Source of the DNA: an uncultured Pseudomonadota bacterium
GTDB lineage: Bacteria; Pseudomonadota; Alphaproteobacteria; RF32; CAG-239
DNA: 64,000 bases
Reading direction: 5' to 3'
NCBI GenBank assembly: GCA_902785935.1
Contig: CADAAN010000006.1
Span: forward strand, 4,309 to 68,308
The translations under genes were made by a program, and so were the position numbers. Numbering within the stretch: position 1 is the stretch's first letter; every line of letters begins with the position of its first letter. The notes under the pieces are model-generated. The model ran no database searches, was not told the origin of the DNA, and worked only from the letters and a program-made list of their open reading frames with translations. This document shows, one piece after another, positions 50,229-59,994 of this stretch.

Positions 50229-51551
50229 ATGAAAGTTACTGAAGAAAAATCAAAAGGTTTGATTAAAAAATTTAAGGCTGTTGTTGATGCCGCCGATTTT
50301 GAAAAAGAAGTTCAAGCACGTATCCAAAAGCTTGCCAAAGAAACAAAACTTCCCGGTTTCAGACCCGGCAAGGCACCGGCCTCAATCATCAATCAAAAAT
50401 TCCGCGGTACGGCTTTGGGCGAGGCTTTGGATAGAGTTGTTCAAAAAGGTGTTGCCGAGATTATCGACTCAAACAAGTTGCGTGTTGCTCGTGAACCTGA
50501 CGTTAAGCTTGAAAAGTTTGAAGACGGCAAAGATGTTGCCTTTAATATAGAAATTGAAACATTGCCTGAAGTCAAATTAAATGATTTTTCTAAAATTAAG
50601 TTAGAAAAACAGATGGCCGACGTCCCTGAAGAAGAAATCAACAAATCTTTGGAATATGTTGCCGCTTCACGTCGCGATAGTGAAGTTGCTCCTGATGATA
50701 AAAAGGCCGCAAAAGGTGATATTACGGTGATTGATTTCAACGGATCGATTGACGGTGTTGAATTTGACGGCGGCAAAGGCAAAGATTATCCTTTAGAGCT
50801 TGGCTCAAATGCATTTATCCCCGGTTTTGAAGATCAGCTTGTCGGCCTTAAAAAAGGTGATAAAAAAGATGTAAAAGTCGCTTTTCCGAAAGATTATCAT
50901 GCTCAAAACTTAGCCGGTAAAGACGCCGTTTTTGCAGTTGAGGTCAAAGAAGTCCGTATCTTAAAAAAGACTGAAATCAATGATGAATTTGCGAAATCAC
51001 TCGGTGCAAAAGATTTGGCCGATTTGAAAGAAAAGGTCGCCGAGCGTATCAAACAAGACTATGAAAGCGCCTCAAAAATGAAGGTTAAACGTGCTTTGTT
51101 GGATGTTTTGGATAAAGAATATAAGATTGAGTTGCCCGAAAGCTTGGTTAAGGCTGAATATGACGGCATTATCAAACAGTATGAGCATGCCAAGGCGCAC
51201 AATGAACTCGACGAATACGAAAAATCCAAAAAAGAAAAGGATCTTTTGAAAGAATATCAGGAGATTGCCGAGCGTCGCGTTAAATTGGGCTTGATTTTGT
51301 CAGAAGTCGGTGCTTTGGAAAAAATCCAAATCACCTCAGATGACTTAAACAAGGCCATTATGAATGAGGCTCGCAGATATCCCGGACAGGAAAAAGCCGT
51401 TTTTGACTTTTATCTCAAAAACAAAAATGCCGTTGAAGCATTAAAGGCGCCTGTGATGGAAGAAAAAATCGTTGATGCCATCCTTGCAAAAGTTCAGTTA
51501 ACCGAGAAAAAAGTTTCGGTCAAAGAACTTTATACTTTTGACGAGAAATAA
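50229..51551 (+). CDS. tig: trigger factor
   Basis: N-terminal GFRPGKAP ribosome-binding motif, PPIase domain; track ORF start 50133 reads through the tRNA, so real start is ATG 50229. Confidence 0.9.
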   Translation: MKVTEEKSKGLIKKFKAVVDAADFEKEVQARIQKLAKETKLPGFRPGKAPASIINQKFRGTALGEALDRVVQKGVAEIIDSNKLRVAREPDVKLEKFEDGKDVAFNIEIETLPEVKLNDFSKIKLEKQMADVPEEEINKSLEYVAASRRDSEVAPDDKKAAKGDITVIDFNGSIDGVEFDGGKGKDYPLELGSNAFIPGFEDQLVGLKKGDKKDVKVAFPKDYHAQNLAGKDAVFAVEVKEVRILKKTEINDEFAKSLGAKDLADLKEKVAERIKQDYESASKMKVKRALLDVLDKEYKIELPESLVKAEYDGIIKQYEHAKAHNELDEYEKSKKEKDLLKEYQEIAERRVKLGLILSEVGALEKIQITSDDLNKAIMNEARRYPGQEKAVFDFYLKNKNAVEALKAPVMEEKIVDAILAKVQLTEKKVSVKELYTFDEK

Positions 51552-51570
51552 TTTTTTCTTAAACTCAACA

Positions 51571-51601
51571 AAACCGTATGTGTGATACATGCGGTTTTTT
51601 T
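51571..51601 (+). terminator. intrinsic terminator after tig
   Basis: aaaccgtatgtgtgatacatgcggttttttt. Confidence 0.7.
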
Positions 51602-51655
51602 ATTGACAAAAGTCAAATAATACCTTATAATGAAGGTGCTTAAAAATTATTATAT

Positions 51656-52186
51656 ATGAAAAATTTAAAAATTAAAAAGGGAGCCCTGCGCATTCGCCAG
51701 GCCTCTTTGGTGCTCGACACCAGAAAAACATTGCTAGCCATCAAGCTCACTGAGGCAGAAGCGTTTTCGCCTGAGGTGTTCTCCAAAAAATTCAAGGATT
51801 ATCCTTTAGGAAAACGCCTTGAATTTGGAGAAAAATACGAGGGATACATTGCCATCTGGCACCTCGGAAGACCGGAGATTAATTTTCTCCGCGGCACGCT
51901 TGAGCTTCAAACGGAGCGTGCCATCTGGAATACCCGGATCAATGAGCTCCTACAGGAAGAAAGGTACCTCCGCGTCGACGGCTCGCTGGAGTATGTTTGG
52001 GCCTTTGCCGATTGTTCATCAGAGATGATGGACACGGTAAAAGAAAAGCTCACAACAGCCCTGAGAATGTCCGCCCTCACCGGTGATGATCCTATTGCCC
52101 GGCTGACGGATGAAGAAGACAGGAACCTCAGGAAATACCTGGGGAGCTCGTACTATAAGACCTTCTTCACTGAACTGGAAGACTAG
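51656..52186 (+). CDS. hypothetical protein on a GC-rich (~52%) insert
   Basis: ORF track; first ~25 nt AT-rich then abrupt GC-rich coding; followed by GC-rich terminator 52204..52235. Confidence 0.5.
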   Translation: MKNLKIKKGALRIRQASLVLDTRKTLLAIKLTEAEAFSPEVFSKKFKDYPLGKRLEFGEKYEGYIAIWHLGRPEINFLRGTLELQTERAIWNTRINELLQEERYLRVDGSLEYVWAFADCSSEMMDTVKEKLTTALRMSALTGDDPIARLTDEEDRNLRKYLGSSYYKTFFTELED

Positions 52187-52252
52187 CGCGAGCACAAGAC
52201 GATAACCGGCAACCTTTAAAAGTTGCCGGTTTTTTCTTCATTTAAAAAGTAT

Positions 52253-52843
52253 TTAGTAGTCCCCTCTGATTACATGATAAAACCGACAGCTATCTAAACT
52301 TGTTTCACATGCCTGACAGCCCTCAATGATATCAGACATTTTGACCTCCGTAATACCTCCTGTAGGCCAATATATATCCTTACCGCCCACCTCTATCAAT
52401 CCGCCTGTCCACCATTCAACCGGGACGGCATTTTCCCATCCTGCAGAGGCAAAAGCAATACACGATTTTGAATCGGTGAAATGGATAACAAATTCACCCT
52501 GAACATATGAACCACCGCTATCATAAAAATCCATATTCAGCGTTCCTATCGGAAGTTTGCAAGCCTCGTCTCCATTAAGATCCGTTGTTACTTGACAATC
52601 CGGTAAAAGCCCGTATTGAATTAAATCTTCGGCATCACGAATCTCAATACCTTCTCCCCAGCCTTTTTGCTCCAACTCCATAAAGCGTTGAAGAATTTGA
52701 TTATATGTGTCAATTGTTTGATTCATTTTGTATTTAAACATTGCGGCAGAATAACCTTTGAGTGCGCCCGCCGACAACACACCGACAATAGCCAACACGC
52801 CCAGCATTTCAACCATACTTCTACCTATTTCATTAATTTTCAT
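52253..52843 (-). CDS. type IV pilin-like protein (prepilin N-terminus, Arg at +1)
   Basis: MKINEIG|RSMVEMLGVLAIVGVLSAGAL: short basic leader, Gly-1, Glu+5, hydrophobic alpha1 helix. Confidence 0.65.
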   Translation of the reverse strand: MKINEIGRSMVEMLGVLAIVGVLSAGALKGYSAAMFKYKMNQTIDTYNQILQRFMELEQKGWGEGIEIRDAEDLIQYGLLPDCQVTTDLNGDEACKLPIGTLNMDFYDSGGSYVQGEFVIHFTDSKSCIAFASAGWENAVPVEWWTGGLIEVGGKDIYWPTGGITEVKMSDIIEGCQACETSLDSCRFYHVIRGDY

Positions 52844-53036
52844 TGGTTATACCTTTCTTTCATAAAAAAAATTCCGTTTTATATAACCAAAAACGGAGGA
52901 GCTAACTAACTGCCATTGTACAGCTTGCTTTATTCGCGCATCACTAAAATACCTTATATCAGCAACTCCTCATCAAGGAGCTATACAATGGATGTGTTAG
53001 TTAAACACCGCAACCATTTTGGTTACATCCTGATTA
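52844..53036 (-). promoter_or_regulatory. type-1 conserved 5' leader with terminator-like hairpin
   Basis: Minus-sense GTAACCAAAATGGTTGCGGTGTTTAACTAACAC...CTCCTTGATGAGGAG...GATATAAGG...GCGAATAAAG...AGCTCCTCCGTTTTTGGTT; promoter TTGACT-17-AATAAT at 53043..53071; terminal hairpin ccgttt..aaacgg + T8. Confidence 0.7.
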
Positions 53037-53253
53037 TTTCATACAAAAGCATAAAAGTCAAATACTTTTTTGTACATACAAAAAAAATAAATTTTTTTTG
53101 TAACAAAGTACTTGCAAAATTAAAAAAAATGTATATCATATAAAAAAGTGATGCAGATGTTTTTGATTTTGTCTGCACTTTGTTTCTCATTTTAACGAAG
53201 ATTTTTTTAGTATTAACAAAAGCTGCAAGGCTTTGCTTTTAGGTGTTTAAGGT

Positions 53254-53811
53254 ATGAAAAAAAACAACAACAACAAATTTCGGAACAATAACAACAATAA
53301 TATGTACAATTTAAACTATCGTTTTGACAGTTTAAGCCCTGCGGGTAAATGTTGCGGAACGGCACTTGATTTGATTAAACGCTACAACGACCTTGCAAAA
53401 GAAGCAGGCCTTGGAGGAAATTATGTTGAGATGGAAGTTTTTCGTCAATATGCCGAACATTATCGTAAAATTGTGACTGAAATCAATGAGCGCAAAAACT
53501 TTAATCAAAATCAACAGCGTCTTAAAAATCAATCTCAAGAGCAAGATTTGCCTGAACAAGAAGCTCAAGAAGATCAAGTTCAATCAGAAGCACAAGAGAC
53601 ATCTGCTGATAATGAACCCTCTCAGGCACCTATTGCCGAGCCCAAAATTTTGGTTGCAAAACCTTTGTCGCTTAAAAAGAAAAAATTTGAAATTGTTGAA
53701 GTCAGCTCTTCTGATTTAGAACAAAAGCAAGAAGAAGCATCGAAGCCGAAGCGCACTGTCAAGCGCAAAGCAAAAAGTACCGAGCAGGCACAGGAAGTTG
53801 CCGCGGTATAA
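53254..53811 (+). CDS. DUF4167-domain protein
   Basis: Asn-rich N-terminus then LSPAGKCCGTALDLIKRYNDLAKEAG..VEMEVFRQYAEHYRK, an alphaproteobacterial conserved family. Confidence 0.55.
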   Translation: MKKNNNNKFRNNNNNNMYNLNYRFDSLSPAGKCCGTALDLIKRYNDLAKEAGLGGNYVEMEVFRQYAEHYRKIVTEINERKNFNQNQQRLKNQSQEQDLPEQEAQEDQVQSEAQETSADNEPSQAPIAEPKILVAKPLSLKKKKFEIVEVSSSDLEQKQEEASKPKRTVKRKAKSTEQAQEVAAV

Positions 53812-53817
53812 TTTGAT

Positions 53818-54954
53818 ATGAAGGAGAAAATGATGATTTTTTTTATCGGTATGACGATTCTCGTCTTGGCGGCAATTGCGGTTGTTTATAAAACACTGAC
53901 CGGATATATTGATTTTGCATGGTACACAAAGCTTTGTATTTTAGCATTTTTGTTTGTGTCGTGGTTTGCACCGATGTGGCTCAGATGGTTGCGCCACGGA
54001 CCTGATTTTTTGGGCGGGACTTTTTATGATGTTGCCTATAAAGCAGGCTATTTTTTGATGGGTTTTGTGCTGATTTTATCGATGCTTTTAATTGCACGTG
54101 ATATTATTTGGCAAATACTTTACCTGATTGTCAGAAAATCAGCGCTTAATCCGGACAACGCACATCATATCAATATTTTGAACTTTGTTACGATAGCTTT
54201 GGCTCTTGTTATTTCAGGATATGGTGTTTATGAGGCACACAAAACGCCTGTTGTGCAAAATTTGACCATCAAAGACGCACGTATCAGAGAAAAATTAAAA
54301 TTTGTAGCGGCATCTGATTTTCACATCAATCAGTCAACACCCGATTTTCATATCAAAAAAATGGTAGATGTTATCAACGCGCAAAATCCGGATTATATTT
54401 TGCTTGTTGGTGATATTGTTGACGATGACCCTGAATTTACGATCAAAAAATTTGAACAACTCAAAGATTTAAAAGCTCAAAAGATTTATATTTCACTAGG
54501 CAATCATGAGTATTATCACAGACCGTACGCTTGGATTATTGAGTTTGCAAAACTCGGCTTTGAAGTCTTGCAAAATTCGGGCGAAAAAATCAATGGCAGC
54601 GGTATTTATGTTGCTGGTGTGCCGGATGTCGGTTCAACAAATGTCAATTATGAGCGTGCATTTGCCGCATCTGATGAAGATAACTACAAAATTTTGCTGT
54701 CACACGCACCGACCGATTTTAAGGATTTGGATAAGTCAAAGTTAGATATTCAGCTTTCTGGACATACGCACGGCGGGCAAATTTTTCCGTTTCAATACAT
54801 CACCAAAAAAGCAAATGACGGTTATCTTGCCGGTCTTTATGATGAAAAAGATGCCAAAATTTATGTTATGAAGGGTACAGGTTATTGGGGACCTCCGATT
54901 CGTTTGATGTCCGAGCCTGACATTTTGGTCTTAAACTTAGAGCCTGAAGAATAA
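53818..54954 (+). CDS. membrane-anchored calcineurin-like metallophosphoesterase
   Basis: 4 N-terminal TM helices; GDIVDD, GNHEY, GHTHGGQ motifs. Confidence 0.8.
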   Translation: MKEKMMIFFIGMTILVLAAIAVVYKTLTGYIDFAWYTKLCILAFLFVSWFAPMWLRWLRHGPDFLGGTFYDVAYKAGYFLMGFVLILSMLLIARDIIWQILYLIVRKSALNPDNAHHINILNFVTIALALVISGYGVYEAHKTPVVQNLTIKDARIREKLKFVAASDFHINQSTPDFHIKKMVDVINAQNPDYILLVGDIVDDDPEFTIKKFEQLKDLKAQKIYISLGNHEYYHRPYAWIIEFAKLGFEVLQNSGEKINGSGIYVAGVPDVGSTNVNYERAFAASDEDNYKILLSHAPTDFKDLDKSKLDIQLSGHTHGGQIFPFQYITKKANDGYLAGLYDEKDAKIYVMKGTGYWGPPIRLMSEPDILVLNLEPEE

Positions 54955-55373
54955 TGTCATTTGATATCAAACAGGCCATGGATATTGCCTTAAATGAAGA
55001 TGTATCAACATCGCCTGACGGGGCTGTTTTGTATTCTGTCAGTTATCTTAAAACAACAAAAAACAGAGATGATGCGTACGCTTTTGTTCAAAAAAACAAA
55101 GATTGCAAAACACTTGATCATACGCCTTGCGGCAAAGCATTATGTGAAATGGATACTCGGAGAACAAACGACGTTTTACCAGAGGCCGTAAAAGAAGTTT
55201 GGAAAAAAGCATCTCAAAGATTTATTGCCTCCGCATCCGGCAACGTAACAGCTTTTGTTGATGGTGCCGATAAGAGAAGTACGTTTTGCAGCGTTGAAGT
55301 CCCTGCTATCCTAAAAAACAATAAAATCAAAACAATCAACGGTATTGATAAGTTTGAATTTTTGAATAAGTGA
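54954..55373 (+). CDS. hypothetical protein (translationally coupled, TAATG overlap with upstream phosphoesterase)
   Basis: ORF track; start overlaps upstream stop. Confidence 0.4.
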   Translation: MSFDIKQAMDIALNEDVSTSPDGAVLYSVSYLKTTKNRDDAYAFVQKNKDCKTLDHTPCGKALCEMDTRRTNDVLPEAVKEVWKKASQRFIASASGNVTAFVDGADKRSTFCSVEVPAILKNNKIKTINGIDKFEFLNK

Positions 55374-55490
55374 CAATATATTCATATTTTTTTAAGGCAA
55401 AACAATATTTTTTCTTGACAAACGGACAAAAGTGAAGTATAAGCTATTTTAATACAGTATACATATGTTTCACTTAAATTTATAATAATT

Positions 55491-56090
55491 ATGGAAAAGA
55501 TTAAATCTGCTGTCAATGAAGCAGCGTTTATTCAAAGCGCTGACAGAGAAACTGTCAAGGAGTACATCTCCAGACACCCCCTCCACATAGAAGCTGATAT
55601 CCAGCTCCTTGAACGTGGAGATAAGGAACTTATTAAGCTTTACATCTCGCAGTTTTGCTTTTTGAGCAAGGCTGAAATCAAGCTCATCGAGCTTAAAGAT
55701 AAGGAACTTATTAAGCTTTATATCTCTCGCTGCGGCTTTGAGGATGAGGCCAAAATCAAGTTCCTGGAGATGAAGGATGTGGAGCTGATTAAGTTTTATA
55801 TCTCGAAACGGCCGTTTTTCAAAGCGGACATTAAGTTCCTTGAGCTCGGAAACAAAGAACTTATCGAGCTTTACATCTCGAAGTACAGATTTGAGGCTGA
55901 AGCGGAAATCAAGCTCATCGAGCTTAAAGATAAGGAACTTATCAAGCTTTACATCAAAAATCATCGCCTGAGAGATGATGCTGAGATGAAGCTCCTCGAT
56001 CTGAAGGATATGGAGCTGATTAAGATGTATGCCTTATATCAAGGCTTTTCTGTAAGCACGCAGATAAACATCTGTGAACTTATTGTTTAG
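55491..56090 (+). CDS. tandem-repeat protein (6-7 x 26-aa ELIKLYIS..E.KLIELKDK repeats)
   Basis: 78-bp DNA tandem repeats from ~55600..56050; the antisense frame is also open because of the repeats, so strand is uncertain. Confidence 0.4.
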   Translation: MEKIKSAVNEAAFIQSADRETVKEYISRHPLHIEADIQLLERGDKELIKLYISQFCFLSKAEIKLIELKDKELIKLYISRCGFEDEAKIKFLEMKDVELIKFYISKRPFFKADIKFLELGNKELIELYISKYRFEAEAEIKLIELKDKELIKLYIKNHRLRDDAEMKLLDLKDMELIKMYALYQGFSVSTQINICELIV

Positions 56091-56206
56091 AATTTTCTCA
56101 TTTACAATGTCCCCGCTGCAGTAAAAAGCCGCGGGGATTTTTTTAACTGAAATTTATTCTTTTTATGCTTAAACTTGATGTATCTGAACTTTAAGGAGTC
56201 ATCATT

Positions 56207-56614
56207 ATGTATTTAGAACGATTTGTAAACAAAAAAGAATTTGATCAATATGTCAATATTGTGAAATTGGCAGATGATATTGATGAAGACCAAAATCCGC
56301 CTCTTCGACTTAGAAATGAGATGGAAAAGGCTTTTGATTATACCTCTTCTTTGCCGCAGGATTACAGTTTAAGCATCGGGCCTTGGGTTTTGTATGCGTT
56401 GCGAACGGATGAAGGCAAGCTTATCGGAACGATTTGTATCACCGAAGACGGGCATTTCGGCAAGTGGGCGCAAATTGAATATGTCTCAATCTTAAAAAGT
56501 TATCAGCATCAAGGTTGCGGGCGTTTTATGATGCAGGAAATATTCAAAAAAATCAAGCAACATTCCGACTTTGATTGCGCTGTTTTGACAACCGTGCAAA
56601 GCGGAAAAAATTAA
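56207..56614 (+). CDS. GNAT-family N-acetyltransferase-like protein
   Basis: YQHQGCGRFMMQEIFKKI resembles GNAT motif A (Q/RxxGxG). Confidence 0.45.
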   Translation: MYLERFVNKKEFDQYVNIVKLADDIDEDQNPPLRLRNEMEKAFDYTSSLPQDYSLSIGPWVLYALRTDEGKLIGTICITEDGHFGKWAQIEYVSILKSYQHQGCGRFMMQEIFKKIKQHSDFDCAVLTTVQSGKN

Positions 56615-56733
56615 GAAAAATGCGCCATGAATTATGCCGGAACAATCTCGTTTAACAATCGGTTGCGCCAATTTTATATTTGCAAAATATAAAAAAATAA
56701 CAAAAAATCTCTATTGTTTCAGATCCGCGCTGA

Positions 56734-57753
56734 TTATAAAAACACCTCATAGTCGTAATGATTTAAAATCGCATTTTTGAAAAACAGCACGTCATCTTCG
56801 CTGACAGGGGCAAAATGGTTGGCATCAACGCCGACATTAAGCCCGTTTTGGCTTACTTTTCTAAGGCCGTGAATATGCCCGAACAAGTTGAACATATCCT
56901 TTTTGCATTCGCTCGGCTTATGGGTTAAATAAACCGTATCGCCGTTTTTTAACGTCAGCGTGGTGTGCTCTAAAACGCTTTCAAAGCATTTTTCAAGCTC
57001 ATTATGCAATGCCGGATTTTCGCTTAAAGCATCGGTTTCGTAATTGCCCAAAATAAAATGAATCTTGCCGTGCAGATAAGGGCGCACACTCAAATTTCCG
57101 AAATCGCCCAAGTGATAAACCACGTCATCGGAAGCCACCTCATTGTTCCAATTTAAGATAAGCGCGGCGTCCATCTCTTTTGTGGTCGCAAACGGGCGGC
57201 GCGATAAATTCATCGCACGCTCGCTGCCAAAATGCGTGTCGGACGTAAAGAAAACGCGGCCGCCGGTTTTTAAGAGCGAGCGCACTTTTTCTAATGTTTC
57301 TTGATAGGTGTGATAAACATTGACATTTTCCGCTTGTAACCGCTTGATGATATAGCTTTTGCCGAAAAAAGCATCATCAATGCCGACAACAACCTGTTTT
57401 CTTGTGTGGTTATAATGGGTTTTTGCCATCCACTCTGCCAATTCAAAACGCGAGGTTTGCGCATAGTCGCGACCGGCGACATCGCTTTCCTTTGCAGGAA
57501 TCCAAAACATAATGACATCGGCAAGCGCCAAAAACTTACTTTCCCAATCAACCTGCATATCAAGGTTAAAATTCATCACATTTTCACGGCGCGGGTTGGC
57601 GACATAAACATCTAAATCCGCAAAATCTTTAACGGCTTGAGATTGCCAATCGGGCGCACCTTTAATGGGACCTGCCAAAAAGACGATTTTTTTATTAAAA
57701 TAATTTTGAACGGGCGATGTCGGCGTGATGAGTTCCATAATATTGTCCTTCAT
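56734..57753 (-). CDS. fusion protein: nucleoside 2-deoxyribosyltransferase-like (SLOG-type) N-domain + metallophosphoesterase C-domain
   Basis: N-terminus KKIVFLAGPIKGAPDWQ...ADVIMFWIP; C-terminus VFFTSDTHFG, VYHLGDFGN, GNYETD, GHIHG. Confidence 0.5.
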   Translation of the reverse strand: MKDNIMELITPTSPVQNYFNKKIVFLAGPIKGAPDWQSQAVKDFADLDVYVANPRRENVMNFNLDMQVDWESKFLALADVIMFWIPAKESDVAGRDYAQTSRFELAEWMAKTHYNHTRKQVVVGIDDAFFGKSYIIKRLQAENVNVYHTYQETLEKVRSLLKTGGRVFFTSDTHFGSERAMNLSRRPFATTKEMDAALILNWNNEVASDDVVYHLGDFGNLSVRPYLHGKIHFILGNYETDALSENPALHNELEKCFESVLEHTTLTLKNGDTVYLTHKPSECKKDMFNLFGHIHGLRKVSQNGLNVGVDANHFAPVSEDDVLFFKNAILNHYDYEVFL

Positions 57754-57920
57754 ATCTTAAAATCTCGCTTTATGAAAACAAAACAAGCCTTGCCTGTCAA
57801 CATAATTATTGACAGTTTGTGCAAAATTTCATATCATCTGAAAAAAAGGAAAACCTCATGAATTTGTAGAAATCACGAAAGACACCATTATTTATCCGAA
57901 AATTTTGGAGAAGATATAAA

Positions 57921-58523
57921 ATGAAAATGGAATATATCATTTTTGGAACAACTTACGGATTTGCCAGCACCGAAACAACTGATGAAGAACAACGCTATAT
58001 TGAGCAGTTTTATCATGATGATGAGGGAAAGAGAACGTACGTGCACAAAAGGCGCAACAACAAAGTTTATTACACACGCACAATTTACGGCGATAAACAA
58101 AACCGGTTTTGCGACTCGAAGGGACGTCCGGGTGGCTTTTTTGGCATGACCATCGGTTTTGACGGACAATATTGCCGCGATTTTAACAAAATCAATGCGC
58201 TGATGGACAGAGTTTATGAAAACTTTATAAAAAAAGGATTCATCACAGAAAAAAACGGCACACACCAATATCATATTGCTGATTTTCAAACATATAATGC
58301 GCAAATACACGAGATTATGGCAGATGCCGTACAGTATGCAAACTTAAGCTCTGCCGATTTGGAAAAATTTACCTTTCACGAGCTTAAAGGCACATATCGC
58401 TGTCACCCAAATGATATGCCTTCGCTCAACAAGGCGCTGATGGATATGCCATATCATATTGATATTTCAGAAAAATATCCGACTCAGGCTATGCTGCGTG
58501 AAAAATTATCAAAAGTTAAATAA
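57921..58523 (+). CDS. hypothetical protein
   Basis: ORF track only. Confidence 0.4.
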   Translation: MKMEYIIFGTTYGFASTETTDEEQRYIEQFYHDDEGKRTYVHKRRNNKVYYTRTIYGDKQNRFCDSKGRPGGFFGMTIGFDGQYCRDFNKINALMDRVYENFIKKGFITEKNGTHQYHIADFQTYNAQIHEIMADAVQYANLSSADLEKFTFHELKGTYRCHPNDMPSLNKALMDMPYHIDISEKYPTQAMLREKLSKVK

Positions 58524-58637
58524 TCGTCCAAATTCAGCCAAAGCAAAAAAAGTTGAAAAAAAACTAAAAAAAATATTGACAAAATAAAAAAAACGTGATA
58601 ACTTGAGGACAATAGAGTTCAATTTAGGAGAAAAAAA

Positions 58638-59234
58638 ATGAGTAAAATGAAAACAGCCGTTGTAACAGCACTAGTCACAGCTGCTGCTTTATTAGCCGCC
58701 AAAGGAGCTCAGGCTCAGACAAAAAGTGACGGCCCGCAAAGAGTGAATAAAGAAGCCACGGTCAATCAAAATAAAGCAAACGCTCAAGAGCTACTTAATG
58801 TAATGAATACGTTTTTGGGTAATCTTCCTGACATACATCACGATAATGGTGAAGTTTTAAAGCAAAGCGAATATGAGCTTACCGATTCCGGACTTTGGAG
58901 AACAGCAATGATTAATGTCGGTTCGTCTTATATATGCTTTTCAGATACTAGGGATGTTGATTATTCGAACCAGGAGGTGAGTATAACCATAGGTAATGAA
59001 GGTAGCAAGGACTACGTAGCCTATAGTGTCACGGATAATGGAATCAATAAGGTAGGATCTGAAGTACCTCTTTCAAACAAAAGCTATAATGAATTGGCAA
59101 GTATTATGGCAGGCTTTTTCAAGAGAGACGGACAAGATAAAACCCCTGAAGTTAAAGACTTCTGCTCAAATCACCAATCGACTTTGGATTTATCTCCTCT
59201 TCTCATAGCTAAGGCTTCGCAGAGAGGTAAGTAA
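58638..59234 (+). CDS. hypothetical secreted protein
   Basis: Signal peptide MSKMKTAVVTALVTAAALLAAKGAQA; RBS AGGAG upstream. Confidence 0.5.
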   Translation: MSKMKTAVVTALVTAAALLAAKGAQAQTKSDGPQRVNKEATVNQNKANAQELLNVMNTFLGNLPDIHHDNGEVLKQSEYELTDSGLWRTAMINVGSSYICFSDTRDVDYSNQEVSITIGNEGSKDYVAYSVTDNGINKVGSEVPLSNKSYNELASIMAGFFKRDGQDKTPEVKDFCSNHQSTLDLSPLLIAKASQRGK

Positions 59235-59399
59235 TTTCCCGCGCATAACGCAGAGATTTTTATCAAAAGCAACCCGCCGGCTATGCCGGCGGTTCTGCAT
59301 TAACGGCTAAAAGCCTTTACCACTTGCAGCCCCTAAACGGGGCTGTTTTGCGTCTGACAGACGCAATCTGTTACTTCCTACCCCTCTGAAAGCTGGTCT

Positions 59400-59770
59400 T
59401 CCCTTAGTTGTTGTGATATATAGTTTTGTATCTTTTGGCTATCTTTACCTACCATATCCACATAGTACCCTCGACACCAAAATTCTCGATTTCGATATTT
59501 GTACCGCATTTGACACCACTGCTCGTATATCATTACCTTTTAAGAATCCCATAAAACTGGTGGTATCTCTACTAAATGATGTATATGATCCGGATAAGCT
59601 TCTCCTTCTATAATATTTACTCCTTTCCAGCTACATAACTCTTTTAATATTTTTACTATCTCCAGTCTTTTACTTCCGTAAAATACTTTTCTTCTGTATT
59701 TCGGCGCAAATACGATATGGTATTTACAATTCCAGCTCGTATGTGCTATACTTTTTACGTCATTTTTCAT
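59400..59770 (-). pseudogene. tnpA: IS200/IS605-family tnpA (Y1 transposase) pseudogene
   Basis: N-terminal 76 aa MKNDVKSIAHTSWNCKYHIVFAPKYRRKVFY...DHIHHLVEIPP match IS200 TnpA; premature stop at 59540, the rest (..KGN..; RILVSRVL ~ FWCRGYYV) only in shifted frames; GC-rich subterminal hairpins 59276..59390. Confidence 0.75.
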
Positions 59771-59994
59771 GATTAAATTCCTTATGTTTCTTGTTGCGTC
59801 TGCCAGACACTTCTTTCTAACTTAAGGAATTTATTTTTTCCACCCCTCGCTATAAGCTCTTTCGAACTACCAGCCTTGCCGGTGCTTTTCACAATATAAA
59901 GAACCGCGGGTGAGGAAACCCGCGGCGGATTACAATGTAATGAATTTTTTTAAAGATCATAATAATTTTTGGCAAATCCCACTAAGCTTTGCGC

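Noticed and set aside
55470-55964. Minus-strand 164-aa ORF overlapping the tandem-repeat gene
   Set aside because: It is open only because the 78-bp repeats lack stops in several frames. The plus-strand frame is longer and encodes a regular charged helical repeat, so that frame is favoured. Strand remains uncertain.
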